The notes beneath the pieces were generated by a model. That model saw nothing but the letters and a program-made list of their open reading frames with translations, ran no database searches and was not told the DNA's origin. A DNA stretch of 64,000 nucleotides from an uncultured bacterium (GTDB lineage: Bacteria; Patescibacteriota; Minisyncoccia; Phycocordibacterales; UBA9973): positions 12,570 to 76,569 of the forward strand of contig CALCZP010000004.1 of NCBI GenBank assembly GCA_937903035.1, in the 5' to 3' direction. Below are positions 17,212 through 27,328 of this stretch, piece by piece (position 1 is the first letter of the stretch; every line of letters begins with the position of its first letter). Made by a program: the position numbers and the translations under genes.

Positions 17212-17616
17212 TTAACGCTTTGACCACTGTGGGGCCTTGCGAGCTTTCTTGAGACCGAACTTGCGGCGCTCTTTTGATCGAGGGTCACGCTTGAGAAATC
17301 CTTCCTGCTTGAGCGTGGTCTTGTCGCTCTCATGCTCAACCACGAGACCTCGAGCAATACCATGACGGACTGCTTCAGCCTGTGAGTGAATACCTGAGCC
17401 TTTCACGAGGACACTCACTGAGTATGCGTCTGCCTTCTCAGCAACCTTCATCGGATCAGTAACGATCTTCTGGAGCTCATCTGTTGGGAAATAGGTTGCA
17501 AGGTCCTTGCCGTTGATCACGTAGCTTGATTTAGTAGCCGGAGTGATGCGTACACGAGCTGTCGCAGTTTTGCGGCGGCCGATGGTCTCTATGTATCTTT
17601 TCTTTGTTTTATCCAT
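17212..17616 (-). CDS. rpsI: 30S ribosomal protein S9
   Basis: C-terminal '...ARKAPQWSKR' is the S9 signature. Confidence 0.9.
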   Translation of the reverse strand: MDKTKKRYIETIGRRKTATARVRITPATKSSYVINGKDLATYFPTDELQKIVTDPMKVAEKADAYSVSVLVKGSGIHSQAEAVRHGIARGLVVEHESDKTTLKQEGFLKRDPRSKERRKFGLKKARKAPQWSKR

Positions 17617-17633
17617 ATATTTCTGTATCTAAA

Positions 17634-17978
17634 TTATTCGGTCACGGTGAGAGCTTTCATCATCTCGTTCTGAAGCTTGTTCTTTGGGAGCATACCTTTG
17701 ACTGCGAGTGTTACGACTTCTGCATAGCCTTTCTTTTCGACAACGTGCGCCATACTTGAAACCTTGAGTCCACCTGGGTAGCCAGAGAAACTAAGGTAGG
17801 TCTTGTCTTTGAGCTTTGGAGCTGTAACCTTGAGCTTTGACGCGTTGGTTACGGTCACAGTTACCCCTGAAAGGTTGTTGCGAGTGAACTCTGGACTGTT
17901 CTTACCCATGAGAAGTACTGCTACTTCTGAAGCGAGACGGCCGAGTGATTTGTTTGTTGCGTCGATAGTGTGGTTCAT
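17634..17978 (-). CDS. rplM: 50S ribosomal protein L13
   Basis: 'LGRLASEVAVLLMGKNSPEFT' and 'SGYPGGLK' are L13 motifs. The start was trimmed to the ATG at 17978 so it does not overlap rplQ. Confidence 0.85.
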   Translation of the reverse strand: MNHTIDATNKSLGRLASEVAVLLMGKNSPEFTRNNLSGVTVTVTNASKLKVTAPKLKDKTYLSFSGYPGGLKVSSMAHVVEKKGYAEVVTLAVKGMLPKNKLQNEMMKALTVTE

Positions 17979-17982
17979 AAAA

Positions 17983-18333
17983 TTATACGAGTTCAATAAC
18001 TGCCATTGGACTTGCGTCCCCTTTGCGAGGCGTAAGCTTGGTGATACGAGTGTAGCCACCTGGACGTTCTGCGTAGCGAGGAGCGATAGCAATGAGACGA
18101 TCTACGACATCAGTGCTGTTGTAGAGACCTGCAAGGAGGAGACGACGGTTTGCAAGGGTAGGATTCTTGGCCTTGGTGAGCATTTTCTCAAACTTTGGGC
18201 GAAGTTCCTTTGCCTTCGCTTCTGTAGTAAGGATACGCTCGTGCAATACCAATGATGCTACAAGCCCCTTCAAAAGAGCTGTTCGCTGGTTGTTATCACG
18301 TCCGAATTTTCTGTTGGCATCATGGTGTCGCAT
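17983..18333 (-). CDS. rplQ: 50S ribosomal protein L17
   Basis: 'MRHHDANRKFGRDNNQRTALLKGLVASLVLHERILTT'. Confidence 0.9.
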   Translation of the reverse strand: MRHHDANRKFGRDNNQRTALLKGLVASLVLHERILTTEAKAKELRPKFEKMLTKAKNPTLANRRLLLAGLYNSTDVVDRLIAIAPRYAERPGGYTRITKLTPRKGDASPMAVIELV

Positions 18334-18355
18334 AGTGAGTACTCTTTATAGCGTA

Positions 18356-19369
18356 TTAATCCTTCAAAGACAAGTTGAATGCAGCAAGTGCTTCCTTGAT
18401 CTCGGTAATCCCCTTGTCGCCAATGCCGTCGATCTCAAGAAGATCAGCAACATGCTTGCGCGCAACACCTCCGACAGTGCGGATGTTTGCTGCAGAGAGC
18501 GCATTGAGGGTACGAGTAGAAAGGCCGATTGCATCGATGCGATTCTTGAGCACATCAGTCACATCAACTGAATCATCTTCTGATGAAGTTGCTTCTTCAG
18601 ATGCTTCTGTGACTTCCATAGCCGGAGCTACAGCTTTTGCACTTACTTTTGACTGAATGTCAGCAATGATTGCACCGCTGTCTACTGATACGATAGCCGC
18701 AAGCTGCTCGATCATCGTGTTTACTGAGGTTTCAAGTGCCTCACGTGGTGAGATCGTTCCATCAGTTTCAATGGTCATACGAAGACGGTTGAAGTTCGTC
18801 TTGTCGCCGACACGCATTTCCTCTACATCGTAGCTCACGCGACGGATTGGAGAGAAAATAGCATCGAGAAAGATCGTACCGATGTCAGCCCTCTGTTTGT
18901 TGTGGTGTGCATCACGAGGAACAAAACCGAGGCCACGTTCGATGGTGAGTTCAACATCGAGAGAAACCTTGCTAGTAATCTCACAGATGTACTGGTCAGT
19001 ATTTGAAATAGTTACAGCACCTTTTGCATTGATATCAGCAGCAGTTACTTTTTTTGGACCTTTTACTGAGAAAGAAACCTTTACTGGCTCATCACCAACG
19101 AGCTGAAAACGGACGTTTTTGAGGTTCAAAAGGATTGTAATAACGTCTTCTTTGACGCCTTCGATCGTAGAAAATTCATGAGAAACACCATCAATCTTGA
19201 CTGCAGTTACTGCAGCACCAGAGAGTGATGAAAGGATAATACGACGAAGCGAGTTACCAAGGGTGTATCCGTATCCTGGTACGAGACCGTCAATCTCAAA
19301 TACGCCTTTGTTAGCTTCTTCTGAAATTGCCTTTGGTTTTGATGGGAGGGTGATTTTTTGCTCAGTCAT
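18356..19369 (-). CDS. rpoA: DNA-directed RNA polymerase alpha subunit
   Basis: An N-terminal dimerisation domain ('GYGYTLGNSLRRIILSSL') and a C-terminal alpha-CTD HhH region are both present. The start was moved to MTEQKITL to avoid overlap with rpsD. Confidence 0.9.
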   Translation of the reverse strand: MTEQKITLPSKPKAISEEANKGVFEIDGLVPGYGYTLGNSLRRIILSSLSGAAVTAVKIDGVSHEFSTIEGVKEDVITILLNLKNVRFQLVGDEPVKVSFSVKGPKKVTAADINAKGAVTISNTDQYICEITSKVSLDVELTIERGLGFVPRDAHHNKQRADIGTIFLDAIFSPIRRVSYDVEEMRVGDKTNFNRLRMTIETDGTISPREALETSVNTMIEQLAAIVSVDSGAIIADIQSKVSAKAVAPAMEVTEASEEATSSEDDSVDVTDVLKNRIDAIGLSTRTLNALSAANIRTVGGVARKHVADLLEIDGIGDKGITEIKEALAAFNLSLKD

Positions 19370-19421
19370 AGTATTATACTTTACAACTATTTTGTAATTA
19401 TTGCAATAATGTGTCGTAACG

Positions 19422-20033
19422 TTATCGGCTGTAGTACTCAAGAACCGTTTCAAACTGGAGGAATGCCTCTGTATTCTTTGGCTTTCCTACTACCTCTGCC
19501 TTGAGCTCAGCTGGTACCAGCTTGAGCCATGTCGGCCAGGTGTAGCTTTCTACTTTCTTTTCAAATTCACCAAATGCAGGACTCTTGCGAGATCCTTCGC
19601 GAACTGAGATCACATCTCCAACGCGCACCGCATATGAAGGAATGGTTACCTTGGTGCCGTTGACAGTGAAGTGACCATGTGAGACGAGCTGACGAGCAAA
19701 GCGACGAGTGTTTGCAAAACCAAGACGATATACAACGTTATCGAGACGGTTTTCGAGTTCTTCGAAGAGCTTTTCGGTTACTGGCATACCTTTAGTGTGG
19801 GTTGCCTTTTCTACGTAGTTTGAAAGCTGCTTTTCAGAAAGTCCATATGAAAAACGAACTTTTTGCTTTTCGATGAGCTGACGACCGTAGTCAGAAGGCT
19901 GCTTTGGGCGCTTGCCTTTTGATGCTGCTGCAGACTTTTTAGTCTCAGACTGTACGTACTTCGCAGTCTGGCATTTTTCAAAAACACCAGAACCGAGACG
20001 TCGACACATTTTGTATTTTGCTCTTGTTTCCAT
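19422..20033 (-). CDS. rpsD: 30S ribosomal protein S4
   Basis: Zinc-ribbon-like N-terminus 'KYKMCRRLG' and the S4 domain. Confidence 0.9.
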   Translation of the reverse strand: METRAKYKMCRRLGSGVFEKCQTAKYVQSETKKSAAASKGKRPKQPSDYGRQLIEKQKVRFSYGLSEKQLSNYVEKATHTKGMPVTEKLFEELENRLDNVVYRLGFANTRRFARQLVSHGHFTVNGTKVTIPSYAVRVGDVISVREGSRKSPAFGEFEKKVESYTWPTWLKLVPAELKAEVVGKPKNTEAFLQFETVLEYYSR

Positions 20034-20037
20034 AAAA

Positions 20038-20469
20038 CTATACTCTTCGTGGTTTCTTAGCCTTTACTCCGTTGTGTGGAACTGGAGTCTGGTCCTTGAT
20101 TGATAATAGTTCGATTCCTGTACCGACGAAACCTCGGATCAATGGTTCGCGACCACTTCCAACACCGGTAACAAGCACATGGGTTTCTTTGATACCGATG
20201 GCAGTAGCTTTTTCAGCAAGGATTTCACCCACCTTTGAAGCAGCAAATGGAGTTCCTTTTTTTGCACCCTTGAAGCCAAGTGAACCTGATGAAGACCAGA
20301 AGAGAACATTACCTTTGAGGTCACTGACAACTGCTTTGGTGTTGTTAAAGGTTGCTTCAATAGCAAGGATTGAGGTAGTGAGTTTCTTTTTTGGTGTACG
20401 AGCAGCAGTACGTGCGCGTGCCCCGTCAACCAACTGTCCTTCTTGATTTGTGATACGTTTTTTACCCAT
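20038..20469 (-). CDS. rpsK: 30S ribosomal protein S11
   Basis: '...VTGVGSGREPLIRGF...IKDQTPVPHNGVKAKKPRRV'. Confidence 0.9.
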   Translation of the reverse strand: MGKKRITNQEGQLVDGARARTAARTPKKKLTTSILAIEATFNNTKAVVSDLKGNVLFWSSSGSLGFKGAKKGTPFAASKVGEILAEKATAIGIKETHVLVTGVGSGREPLIRGFVGTGIELLSIKDQTPVPHNGVKAKKPRRV

Positions 20470-20479
20470 ATATTATCGA

Positions 20480-20860
20480 TTATGTTTTAGATTCCTTACG
20501 ACGTCCGCTACCCATAGTGTTTCGGATGTTCCCACGAACGGTACGAGAGTTGGTCTTAGTACGCTGACCTTTGACTGGGAGGCGACGCATGTGACGAACA
20601 CCACGGTATGCTTTGATATCTTTGAGACGCTTGATATTTGAAGCAATCTCACGCTTGAGGTTACCTTCGATGGTGCGGTCTTCGAGGATGGTACGAATCG
20701 CATTTTCTTGTTCGAGGGTGATATCAGCAGGTTTTGCAGATGAAGCAACACCAACTTGCTTGAGAACCTTGTTCGCAGTTGCTGTACCTACACCATAGAG
20801 TGAGGTAAGGCCGATAGAAAGCTGTTTTTCATTTGGAATAGTAATACCGAGAATACGCAT
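20480..20860 (-). CDS. rpsM: 30S ribosomal protein S13
   Basis: 'MRILGITIPNEKQLSIGLTSLYGVG'. Confidence 0.9.
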   Translation of the reverse strand: MRILGITIPNEKQLSIGLTSLYGVGTATANKVLKQVGVASSAKPADITLEQENAIRTILEDRTIEGNLKREIASNIKRLKDIKAYRGVRHMRRLPVKGQRTKTNSRTVRGNIRNTMGSGRRKESKT

Positions 20861-20869
20861 GGGAAAGTC

Positions 20870-20980
20870 TTATTGTTTTTGCTTATGTTTAGGGTTGTCA
20901 CAAATCACGAGTAAGTGCCGACTGCGTTTTACAATCTTGCACTTGTCACACATCTTTTTAACTGTTGATTTGACTTTCAT
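20870..20980 (-). CDS. rpmJ: 50S ribosomal protein L36
   Basis: The minus-strand [39 protein letters not shown] carries the C-x2-C...C...H zinc ribbon of bL36. It sits between infA and rpsM as expected and is not in the ORF track because it is under 60 aa. Confidence 0.8.
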   Translation of the reverse strand: MKVKSTVKKMCDKCKIVKRSRHLLVICDNPKHKQKQ

Positions 20981-21030
20981 AAAATAAAAAAGTTGCACTG
21001 TAGATTTCAGGCCGAGGGAGTATACACTAC

Positions 21031-21240
21031 CTATCCTCTTCTGACAATACGCGCTTTGCCACCGTACGGATCAAGAATCATTTCGACAGAATCCCCTACT
21101 AATACCTTGATACGATGCAGTCTCATTTTGCCAGCTAAATAAGCAACAATGAGTTGCTCATTTGCGAGCTCGACTCGGAACATGGTATTGGGGAGGGCTT
21201 CCTTTACGATACCCTTAACTACTTCTTCTTGTGATGCCAT
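21031..21240 (-). CDS. infA: Translation initiation factor IF-1
   Basis: The S1-like fold sequence '[59 protein letters not shown]'. Confidence 0.9.
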   Translation of the reverse strand: MASQEEVVKGIVKEALPNTMFRVELANEQLIVAYLAGKMRLHRIKVLVGDSVEMILDPYGGKARIVRRG

Positions 21241-21284
21241 GTGGTTACCGGAACACTATACTATAAGGCTTTATTTGGGTCAAC

Positions 21285-22553
21285 TTATTTGACTTCAACC
21301 TTGATTCGAGACTCCTTGGTTGGGAAAAAGGGTGACCAAAATGGGAGTAATGAGTATCGAGCTGTATCAATTTCTGGTATAGCAGCAAGTGCGGAAACAA
21401 ACTTTGTCCGAGGAAGACCAACAAGTACATCAGTGACTTCTGAGATAGAGGCTTTAGGAATAAGGGTTCCCGACCCAGAAACACGGATAGTGATAGACTC
21501 TGGTACACGAGTAGGACTGGTTGGAATAGCAGATATAGGATCAACTGAAAGATTTGCAAGTGTCGGTACACTCACCCGCGGAAGCGTGGCACCACTGACA
21601 GCTTTGGTAGCAATAGCACTCTCAAGAAGCTCCCTCGAAATCAAATATGAGACCATGGTACCACTGATTGTTGCAGGAAACTTCACTTCAGGACCTTCAA
21701 GCTTGAGCAGATCAGTATTAATAGAAACAAACTGAAGATTTGGGTAGGTAATCAAATTTTCAGGAATCTGGGTGCGAGTCTCCCGCTTGAGACGCTCGGT
21801 AAGTTGCGCAGTAAGGGTCGCCATTACTTCCGGGCGATCAGCATTGGATACACCATGCATCATCCCTGACTCACCCCCACTAATAACACCAGCAGATTGG
21901 GCATAAAATGTCTTTGATGAGCCAAATCCACTCACACTAAAACTTGTACCATTTGTGTTATATGCAGGACCGGTCTCCTCTGCAACAACCAATACAGAAG
22001 CACTTGTACCAGCTGTTTTCTTTTTAGTCTTAGTATCGGTGGTATACCCAGGAACTGTAACTGATGCCTGTGTTATATAACGTTTGCCATTTTGTGCGGT
22101 AAGTGTGGTACCACTTTTAACCGTTTTAGCTGTAGTGCTTAACTCATTAAAAAAGACCACCTTGCCGCGAGCTTTTGAAGTACTTGCACGAAGCTCTGAG
22201 CCATAGACCTCACGACTAATAGTCGCCTCAACAACCATGGTCTGGAATGAGAGTCTCCCTTGTGCAGCATCCTTTTCATGCAAAAGTTCAAGCTCAGCAT
22301 TGGTCAATGAAAATGGTATTCGTCGCTCAACAATCGTCACCTGTGCACGCACCATATACATACCTGCAACATAGAGTCCTACCAACAGGATACCTGCACC
22401 ACCGATAATAAACAGTTTTTTCCATGGTGACTGCCGTTTGTAATTGACGTTAGGTGCAGGGGCATCATGATGGACCGCTTTCTCTATTGTACTATCAGAG
22501 AACTGCTTGTCATTTTGCAATCGTTCTTTGCGGATAACGTCGTAGAGTTTCAT
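21285..22553 (-). CDS. Membrane-anchored protein with one TM and a large extracytoplasmic domain (PilN/O-like or unknown)
   Basis: A single hydrophobic helix 'LFIIGGAGILLVGLYVAGMYMV' is followed by ~350 Thr/Ser-rich residues. Confidence 0.45.
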   Translation of the reverse strand: MKLYDVIRKERLQNDKQFSDSTIEKAVHHDAPAPNVNYKRQSPWKKLFIIGGAGILLVGLYVAGMYMVRAQVTIVERRIPFSLTNAELELLHEKDAAQGRLSFQTMVVEATISREVYGSELRASTSKARGKVVFFNELSTTAKTVKSGTTLTAQNGKRYITQASVTVPGYTTDTKTKKKTAGTSASVLVVAEETGPAYNTNGTSFSVSGFGSSKTFYAQSAGVISGGESGMMHGVSNADRPEVMATLTAQLTERLKRETRTQIPENLITYPNLQFVSINTDLLKLEGPEVKFPATISGTMVSYLISRELLESAIATKAVSGATLPRVSVPTLANLSVDPISAIPTSPTRVPESITIRVSGSGTLIPKASISEVTDVLVGLPRTKFVSALAAIPEIDTARYSLLPFWSPFFPTKESRIKVEVK

Positions 22554-22561
22554 TGGTAATA

Positions 22562-23719
22562 TTATATCAGGCGCTTGGCAAAAAGAGTTGCTATCGAAAG
22601 TGGAATATCAACGCTCACATCATCAATTGCTCTGATATGACTATCAAGTACTGCTTCAGTAAGAAAAATAGGTTGCACTACTCCTCGAGAACATGCATGC
22701 TGAATAAATGGATCATGTGTAATGACATTAACAAGCAGTGATTCAAACCGTGGGTCAGCGCTGATATAGCAACGCTCAGGTAAGCAAAAACCATACCGTC
22801 CTGTATCGAGTACTTGCTGTAATGCTTTCTGCCATGTTTCTTGAAATACACCAAGTGCTTCTGTTGCTTTTTGAGCACCAAGACCGCCGAGCTTGTTGAG
22901 ACGATACCCTTCAAACAGCGTCCGTGCCTCAAGAATACTTGCTGCATCAAGAGCTCTATAGAGCGCATACATACCTACAGGAAATGAGTGTTGATACAAA
23001 AAGAGTCCGTCTTTGACGAAAGCAACATCAGTAATCTCCTCTCCGACATCGATAACGATACACTCATCATCAGGATGAATATGGTCACGACTCACAATAT
23101 ACGCCGCAAATGGTGCGGTTGTGACGCCAAGCGTACGGTCGCCATATGCGCGCTTGAGTGGAGTCAATATACGATCCATCACCATAGTGGGTACAGTAGT
23201 AATTGTAATAGACAGCTCGAGCGACGTCGCAGATTTACCATAGGGATTTTCAGTTGTATAGCCATTGAGCTTTATACTTGAGAGCTGCTTTTCAACAACA
23301 CTTCCCTCACTACCAAACCCAGTATCGGTTGTTACTGCATGAGCGAGCTCTTTGTCGATGAGTCCATCAACAAGCTTTTGAGTACATATGAAAGGCACTG
23401 TCTTGGTATATACCATCGTACGAGTTTGTGAGAGGTACCAGGGAGATGCAAGTACTACTTGTATATAGTCGGGATGATGAACATCAGCTTTGTGCAATCG
23501 AGCAACCACCTGCTCAAGATTTTTTGCAGTGTGTTCAACAAGTCGTGCAATATCAGGTTCACCCGAGAGTGCGGCATCTACTCGTGTCGATGCAAGAAAA
23601 AGAGACTGGTGTTTAGTATGAACATCACGCTCGAGCAATACATGTCCTCCAGCAACAGAGCTTGAACTAATATCAAATACGGCGATAACTTTTTTTGGAC
23701 GCGGACGCGCAAATAACAT
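22562..23719 (-). CDS. Actin-like ATPase domain protein of the PilM/FtsA-like family
   Basis: An N-terminal 'VIAVFDISSSSVAGG' phosphate-1-like motif. Size and context (followed by a 1-TM protein) fit PilM/FtsA. Confidence 0.4.
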   Translation of the reverse strand: MLFARPRPKKVIAVFDISSSSVAGGHVLLERDVHTKHQSLFLASTRVDAALSGEPDIARLVEHTAKNLEQVVARLHKADVHHPDYIQVVLASPWYLSQTRTMVYTKTVPFICTQKLVDGLIDKELAHAVTTDTGFGSEGSVVEKQLSSIKLNGYTTENPYGKSATSLELSITITTVPTMVMDRILTPLKRAYGDRTLGVTTAPFAAYIVSRDHIHPDDECIVIDVGEEITDVAFVKDGLFLYQHSFPVGMYALYRALDAASILEARTLFEGYRLNKLGGLGAQKATEALGVFQETWQKALQQVLDTGRYGFCLPERCYISADPRFESLLVNVITHDPFIQHACSRGVVQPIFLTEAVLDSHIRAIDDVSVDIPLSIATLFAKRLI

Positions 23720-23752
23720 GCACCAAGTATAGCGCGAAGAAGTAAAGTTGTC

Positions 23753-25501
23753 CTATGAAAGGATCGCTTTAATACGACGAATACCGGCAGACGATGCTTC
23801 TTCTTTTTGAATAGTAAACTTTCCAAGTAATGCTGTTTCAGTAACGTGTGGTCCACCACAAAACTCTTTGGAAACTGGCGTACCATTTTTATCTTCGATG
23901 AAATACACCGACACAATATCGGGGTATTTAGTACCAAACTCCATTTCTGCCCCAATTGCCTCAGCATCGGTACGTGGCATTTCGCGACGACAAACCCTAT
24001 GGTTTTCAGTGATCCACGTATTTACCTGATCTTCAACTGCTTTTTTCTCTTGATCAGTCATCTTGCGGTCAAAATTGAAGTCGAGACGGAGACGCTCGTC
24101 AGTAATGTTGCTTCCCTTTTGTTTTACTTCGGGCCCAAGGACTTTCTGAAGAGCAGCGAGAAGTAAGTGATGTGCGGTATGGAGTTTAGTCGTCATTTCT
24201 GTAGTACCAGCAAGTCCCCCTTTGAATTTCTGTTCGGCACCTGCACGAGACGCAGCTTGATGTGCAGCCATATCAGCGTCAAACTTTACACGATCGATAC
24301 TCATCCCCTTTTCTGACGCCAGCTCTTCGGTAAGCTCAATAGGAAAACCATAGCTCGTCGCAAGAAGAAACGGATCAGTTCCCTTTTCAAATTCTTTAAG
24401 CCCCTGTGCAAGCGTTTTGCCAAATTTATTGATTTCAGCATAAATCACTTCAACAATCTCAGCCTGTTTTTCAAAAACATCATAGACACTCTGATATGGG
24501 GCAAGCAATGCCGTGATAATACCTGCAAGCTTTTCACGCTCAATCAGTAATACCTTGTTCATATAAAAACGCGTTGCACGACGAATCAATCGACGAAGAA
24601 TATAACCCTGGTCTTTATTGCCAGGAAGCACACCATCAGCAATCAGAAATGATGCAGTGCGAAGGTGGTCAACAATAATACGTGATTCTCGCATATCATA
24701 AGTCCCTGTATGACTGTCGAGATATGCTATCGCTGGTGCAAAAAAGTCAGTATCATAGACAGTAGTCTTGCCTTGTATGAGCATTGTAATGCGTTCAAGA
24801 CCACTACCAGTATCAATATTTTTTTGTGGAAGCTGCCCAACCACCGCACCATCTTTTGAAAGGTACTGCATGAATACATCATTCCAAATCTCAACAACTT
24901 CACCGATATCGTCCGCAGCAACATACTCCTCGTGTGTCATATCACCAAGACCTTGCGGGGTAACATCATAAAACATCTCTGTGTCAGGACCACACGGGCC
25001 ATTATCACCCGCACTCCACCAGTTGTTTTTCTTTGGCAGAAAATAAATACGATGTTCAGGAATGTACTGCTTCCAAATCTCAACCGCTTCGAGATCACGC
25101 GGTGCATTGTCATCACCCTCAAATACGGTCACATAGAGACGAGCAGGATCAAGTCCAAGACCCTGGTCCTTTGATGTGAGGAATTCATAGCTCCATTTGA
25201 TCGCGTCTTCTTTGAAATAATCCCCGAGCGACCAGTTGCCAAGCATTTCAAAAAACGTAAGATTCTTGTGGTTGCCTACCTCTTCGATATCACCGGTACG
25301 AACGCATTTCTGACAACTTGCCAGACGCTTGCCAAGCGGATGTGTCTCACCCATCAAATACGGCACAAGTGGCTGCATACCAGCGGTATTGAAGAGTACA
25401 GACGGATCATTCTTAGGTACAAGTGAGGCAGACGGAACAACCGCGTGTCCACGTGTTTCAAAAAAGGTGAGGAATTTCTGTCTGATCTCAGCTGATGTCA
25501 T
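23753..25501 (-). CDS. alaS: Alanyl-tRNA synthetase, short form with catalytic, tRNA-binding and editing domains and no C-Ala domain
   Basis: The AlaRS class II N-terminus 'FLTFFETRGHAVVPSASLVPKNDPSVLFNTAGMQPL' and the editing-domain motif 'HTAHHLLLAAL...CGGPHV'. At 582 aa it is well short of a typical AlaRS. Confidence 0.85.
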   Translation of the reverse strand: MTSAEIRQKFLTFFETRGHAVVPSASLVPKNDPSVLFNTAGMQPLVPYLMGETHPLGKRLASCQKCVRTGDIEEVGNHKNLTFFEMLGNWSLGDYFKEDAIKWSYEFLTSKDQGLGLDPARLYVTVFEGDDNAPRDLEAVEIWKQYIPEHRIYFLPKKNNWWSAGDNGPCGPDTEMFYDVTPQGLGDMTHEEYVAADDIGEVVEIWNDVFMQYLSKDGAVVGQLPQKNIDTGSGLERITMLIQGKTTVYDTDFFAPAIAYLDSHTGTYDMRESRIIVDHLRTASFLIADGVLPGNKDQGYILRRLIRRATRFYMNKVLLIEREKLAGIITALLAPYQSVYDVFEKQAEIVEVIYAEINKFGKTLAQGLKEFEKGTDPFLLATSYGFPIELTEELASEKGMSIDRVKFDADMAAHQAASRAGAEQKFKGGLAGTTEMTTKLHTAHHLLLAALQKVLGPEVKQKGSNITDERLRLDFNFDRKMTDQEKKAVEDQVNTWITENHRVCRREMPRTDAEAIGAEMEFGTKYPDIVSVYFIEDKNGTPVSKEFCGGPHVTETALLGKFTIQKEEASSAGIRRIKAILS

Positions 25502-25510
25502 GGGGATACT

Positions 25511-27301
25511 TTATATCTTTTTCATCTTTTTTGCGAGTTTCTCGAGTTTGATAATATCAGCCTCTATTCCTTTGAGGCCCGCCTCAAAGAATGCTTTATT
25601 AGTTGTGATACCAATCGACTTAAAAATATCTTTTGGATTCATTGAACGACCCGCAGAAAGAAACTGTTCTACTTTGTGTATATACGCATGATCTTGTTTC
25701 CAATTTTCAAACAAAACACGACTCACCAATCCTCCGTAGGCATACGTGTAGGTGTAGAAGAAATATCGAATATGTGGCCAGGTAACAAAGGAATATCCAT
25801 CGTCTTCGGTAATAGTAAATGCATCTCCACAGTATGCCTGCAAATGTTTTTGCATGAGCTGCGCCATTACTTCTTTACTCACCTGTCCTTCTGTTCGTAT
25901 ACGGGTATGCAATTCTAATTCAAAATTGAAACATGCAATCTGACAAAAAATAGCGTGAATATCTTCTGAAAGAGATCGATGCAGATGAATAAACTTTTCT
26001 TCATCAGAAAGATATTTCTGAAGCTCAAGTCCAACAAACTGCTCAAAAAACATACTCGCGACCTCCGCTGTCGCAAGTGAGTGACCCTGATACAAAGGCG
26101 ACAAATGATTATCAAGTTCAGCATGAATTGCATGTCCCATCTCATGTGCAAGTGTTTCAATAGATTGCACATTATCTACCTGATTGAGCAAAATATACGT
26201 TGGCAAATCACCTACAGACATGCAATAACCACCAGAAGACTTACCCGAGCGTGGATATACATCGATCTGACCCTTTTGAAGGTAGCTTTCAAGTAATGCT
26301 CCATATTTTGGATCCGCAGTAGTAAGTGCGTCTTTTGCAACAGAAGCTCCTGTTTTGAAATCGAATTTCTTTTTAATTGCACCTATCATTACACGACGAT
26401 CTGCGAGGGTAATCTTTTTTTCTCCTAACAACTTTGCATGTAGTTTATAAAATCGGCGACTAAGTCCGAAATGATCGGTAACAAGTTCTGAAAATTCTTT
26501 GATTTCATCTTCAGTGTTTTCATTTCCAATAACAGAAGCACTGTATGGTGTTTTATACCCTCGCTTTTCGTCAATCACCTTTTTATAGTTACAAATGGCA
26601 TTTAATTCAGCTTCAGCAAGGAAACTGATAGATTTTGAAACCATCGTCATCTCATGCGCCATCAAGTGTCGTTCTTTTTTTGGAAGATTGACGAGCATAT
26701 CTCTTGCCTCGGAAAGTGGAATACGTTTCTTTTTATACCTAACAGTTTGCTTGCCGAGCATTTTTTTCTGAACATCAAGCCACATCGCCTCACTCGTTTG
26801 ATTTAGCAAATTATTTAGTTGCTCTTCTTTTTCACTTAGTTGATACGAGGCATTGAGAAATATATTTTTCAGAAAGTGTACATACGGTTGTAACACAGCT
26901 TCAGCAAGATACCGCTTCTGTGCTACTAAAGGAATTTTTGCAATTTCAAGAGTGAAAAATGTTGCCTTGTTGCTTGCCGTAGCAATACGATGCTCAACAA
27001 GTGTTGCCCTTGCTTGAAGGTTTGTATTATCTGATTCAATATCTTTTTTAAGATAAAAGTACAACAATGGTTTTGAAAGCCATGCTTCGTTGAGTGACTC
27101 ATATTGCTTCAATGCTTTTGCAAGCTTCTGAGGTGTTTCAATATAAGCCTTGTTACGATATGTTTTTTCAAAATCACTGCAAGCCTTTTCGATTGCAAGA
27201 ATATCGCATTCCATTTCTGGATCATGTTCGCTTTTGTAGAGTAATCCCAAATCCCACTTAACCTTATAGTTCATAGAATCCATAATACCAGAAAACAACA
27301 A
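25511..27301 (-). CDS. pepF: Oligoendopeptidase F (M3 family metallopeptidase)
   Basis: Zinc motif 'HEMGHAIH' plus a downstream Glu ligand region. The ~600-aa size is typical of M3B. Confidence 0.85.
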   Translation of the reverse strand: MLFSGIMDSMNYKVKWDLGLLYKSEHDPEMECDILAIEKACSDFEKTYRNKAYIETPQKLAKALKQYESLNEAWLSKPLLYFYLKKDIESDNTNLQARATLVEHRIATASNKATFFTLEIAKIPLVAQKRYLAEAVLQPYVHFLKNIFLNASYQLSEKEEQLNNLLNQTSEAMWLDVQKKMLGKQTVRYKKKRIPLSEARDMLVNLPKKERHLMAHEMTMVSKSISFLAEAELNAICNYKKVIDEKRGYKTPYSASVIGNENTEDEIKEFSELVTDHFGLSRRFYKLHAKLLGEKKITLADRRVMIGAIKKKFDFKTGASVAKDALTTADPKYGALLESYLQKGQIDVYPRSGKSSGGYCMSVGDLPTYILLNQVDNVQSIETLAHEMGHAIHAELDNHLSPLYQGHSLATAEVASMFFEQFVGLELQKYLSDEEKFIHLHRSLSEDIHAIFCQIACFNFELELHTRIRTEGQVSKEVMAQLMQKHLQAYCGDAFTITEDDGYSFVTWPHIRYFFYTYTYAYGGLVSRVLFENWKQDHAYIHKVEQFLSAGRSMNPKDIFKSIGITTNKAFFEAGLKGIEADIIKLEKLAKKMKKI

Positions 27302-27328
27302 AGCCCCAAGTGAGGGGGCTTTGTTGTT

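Noticed and set aside
16869-17363. Full 164-aa extent of the minus-strand ORF
   Set aside because: Its 5' part overlaps rpsI and crosses the rpsI terminator hairpin. Only the portion downstream of the hairpin (16869-17129) is plausible, and even that is low confidence.
21241-21735. 164-aa plus-strand ORF
   Set aside because: It lies entirely antisense within the 21285-22553 membrane-protein gene and has a Ser/Thr/Gly-rich, low-complexity translation typical of antisense frames.
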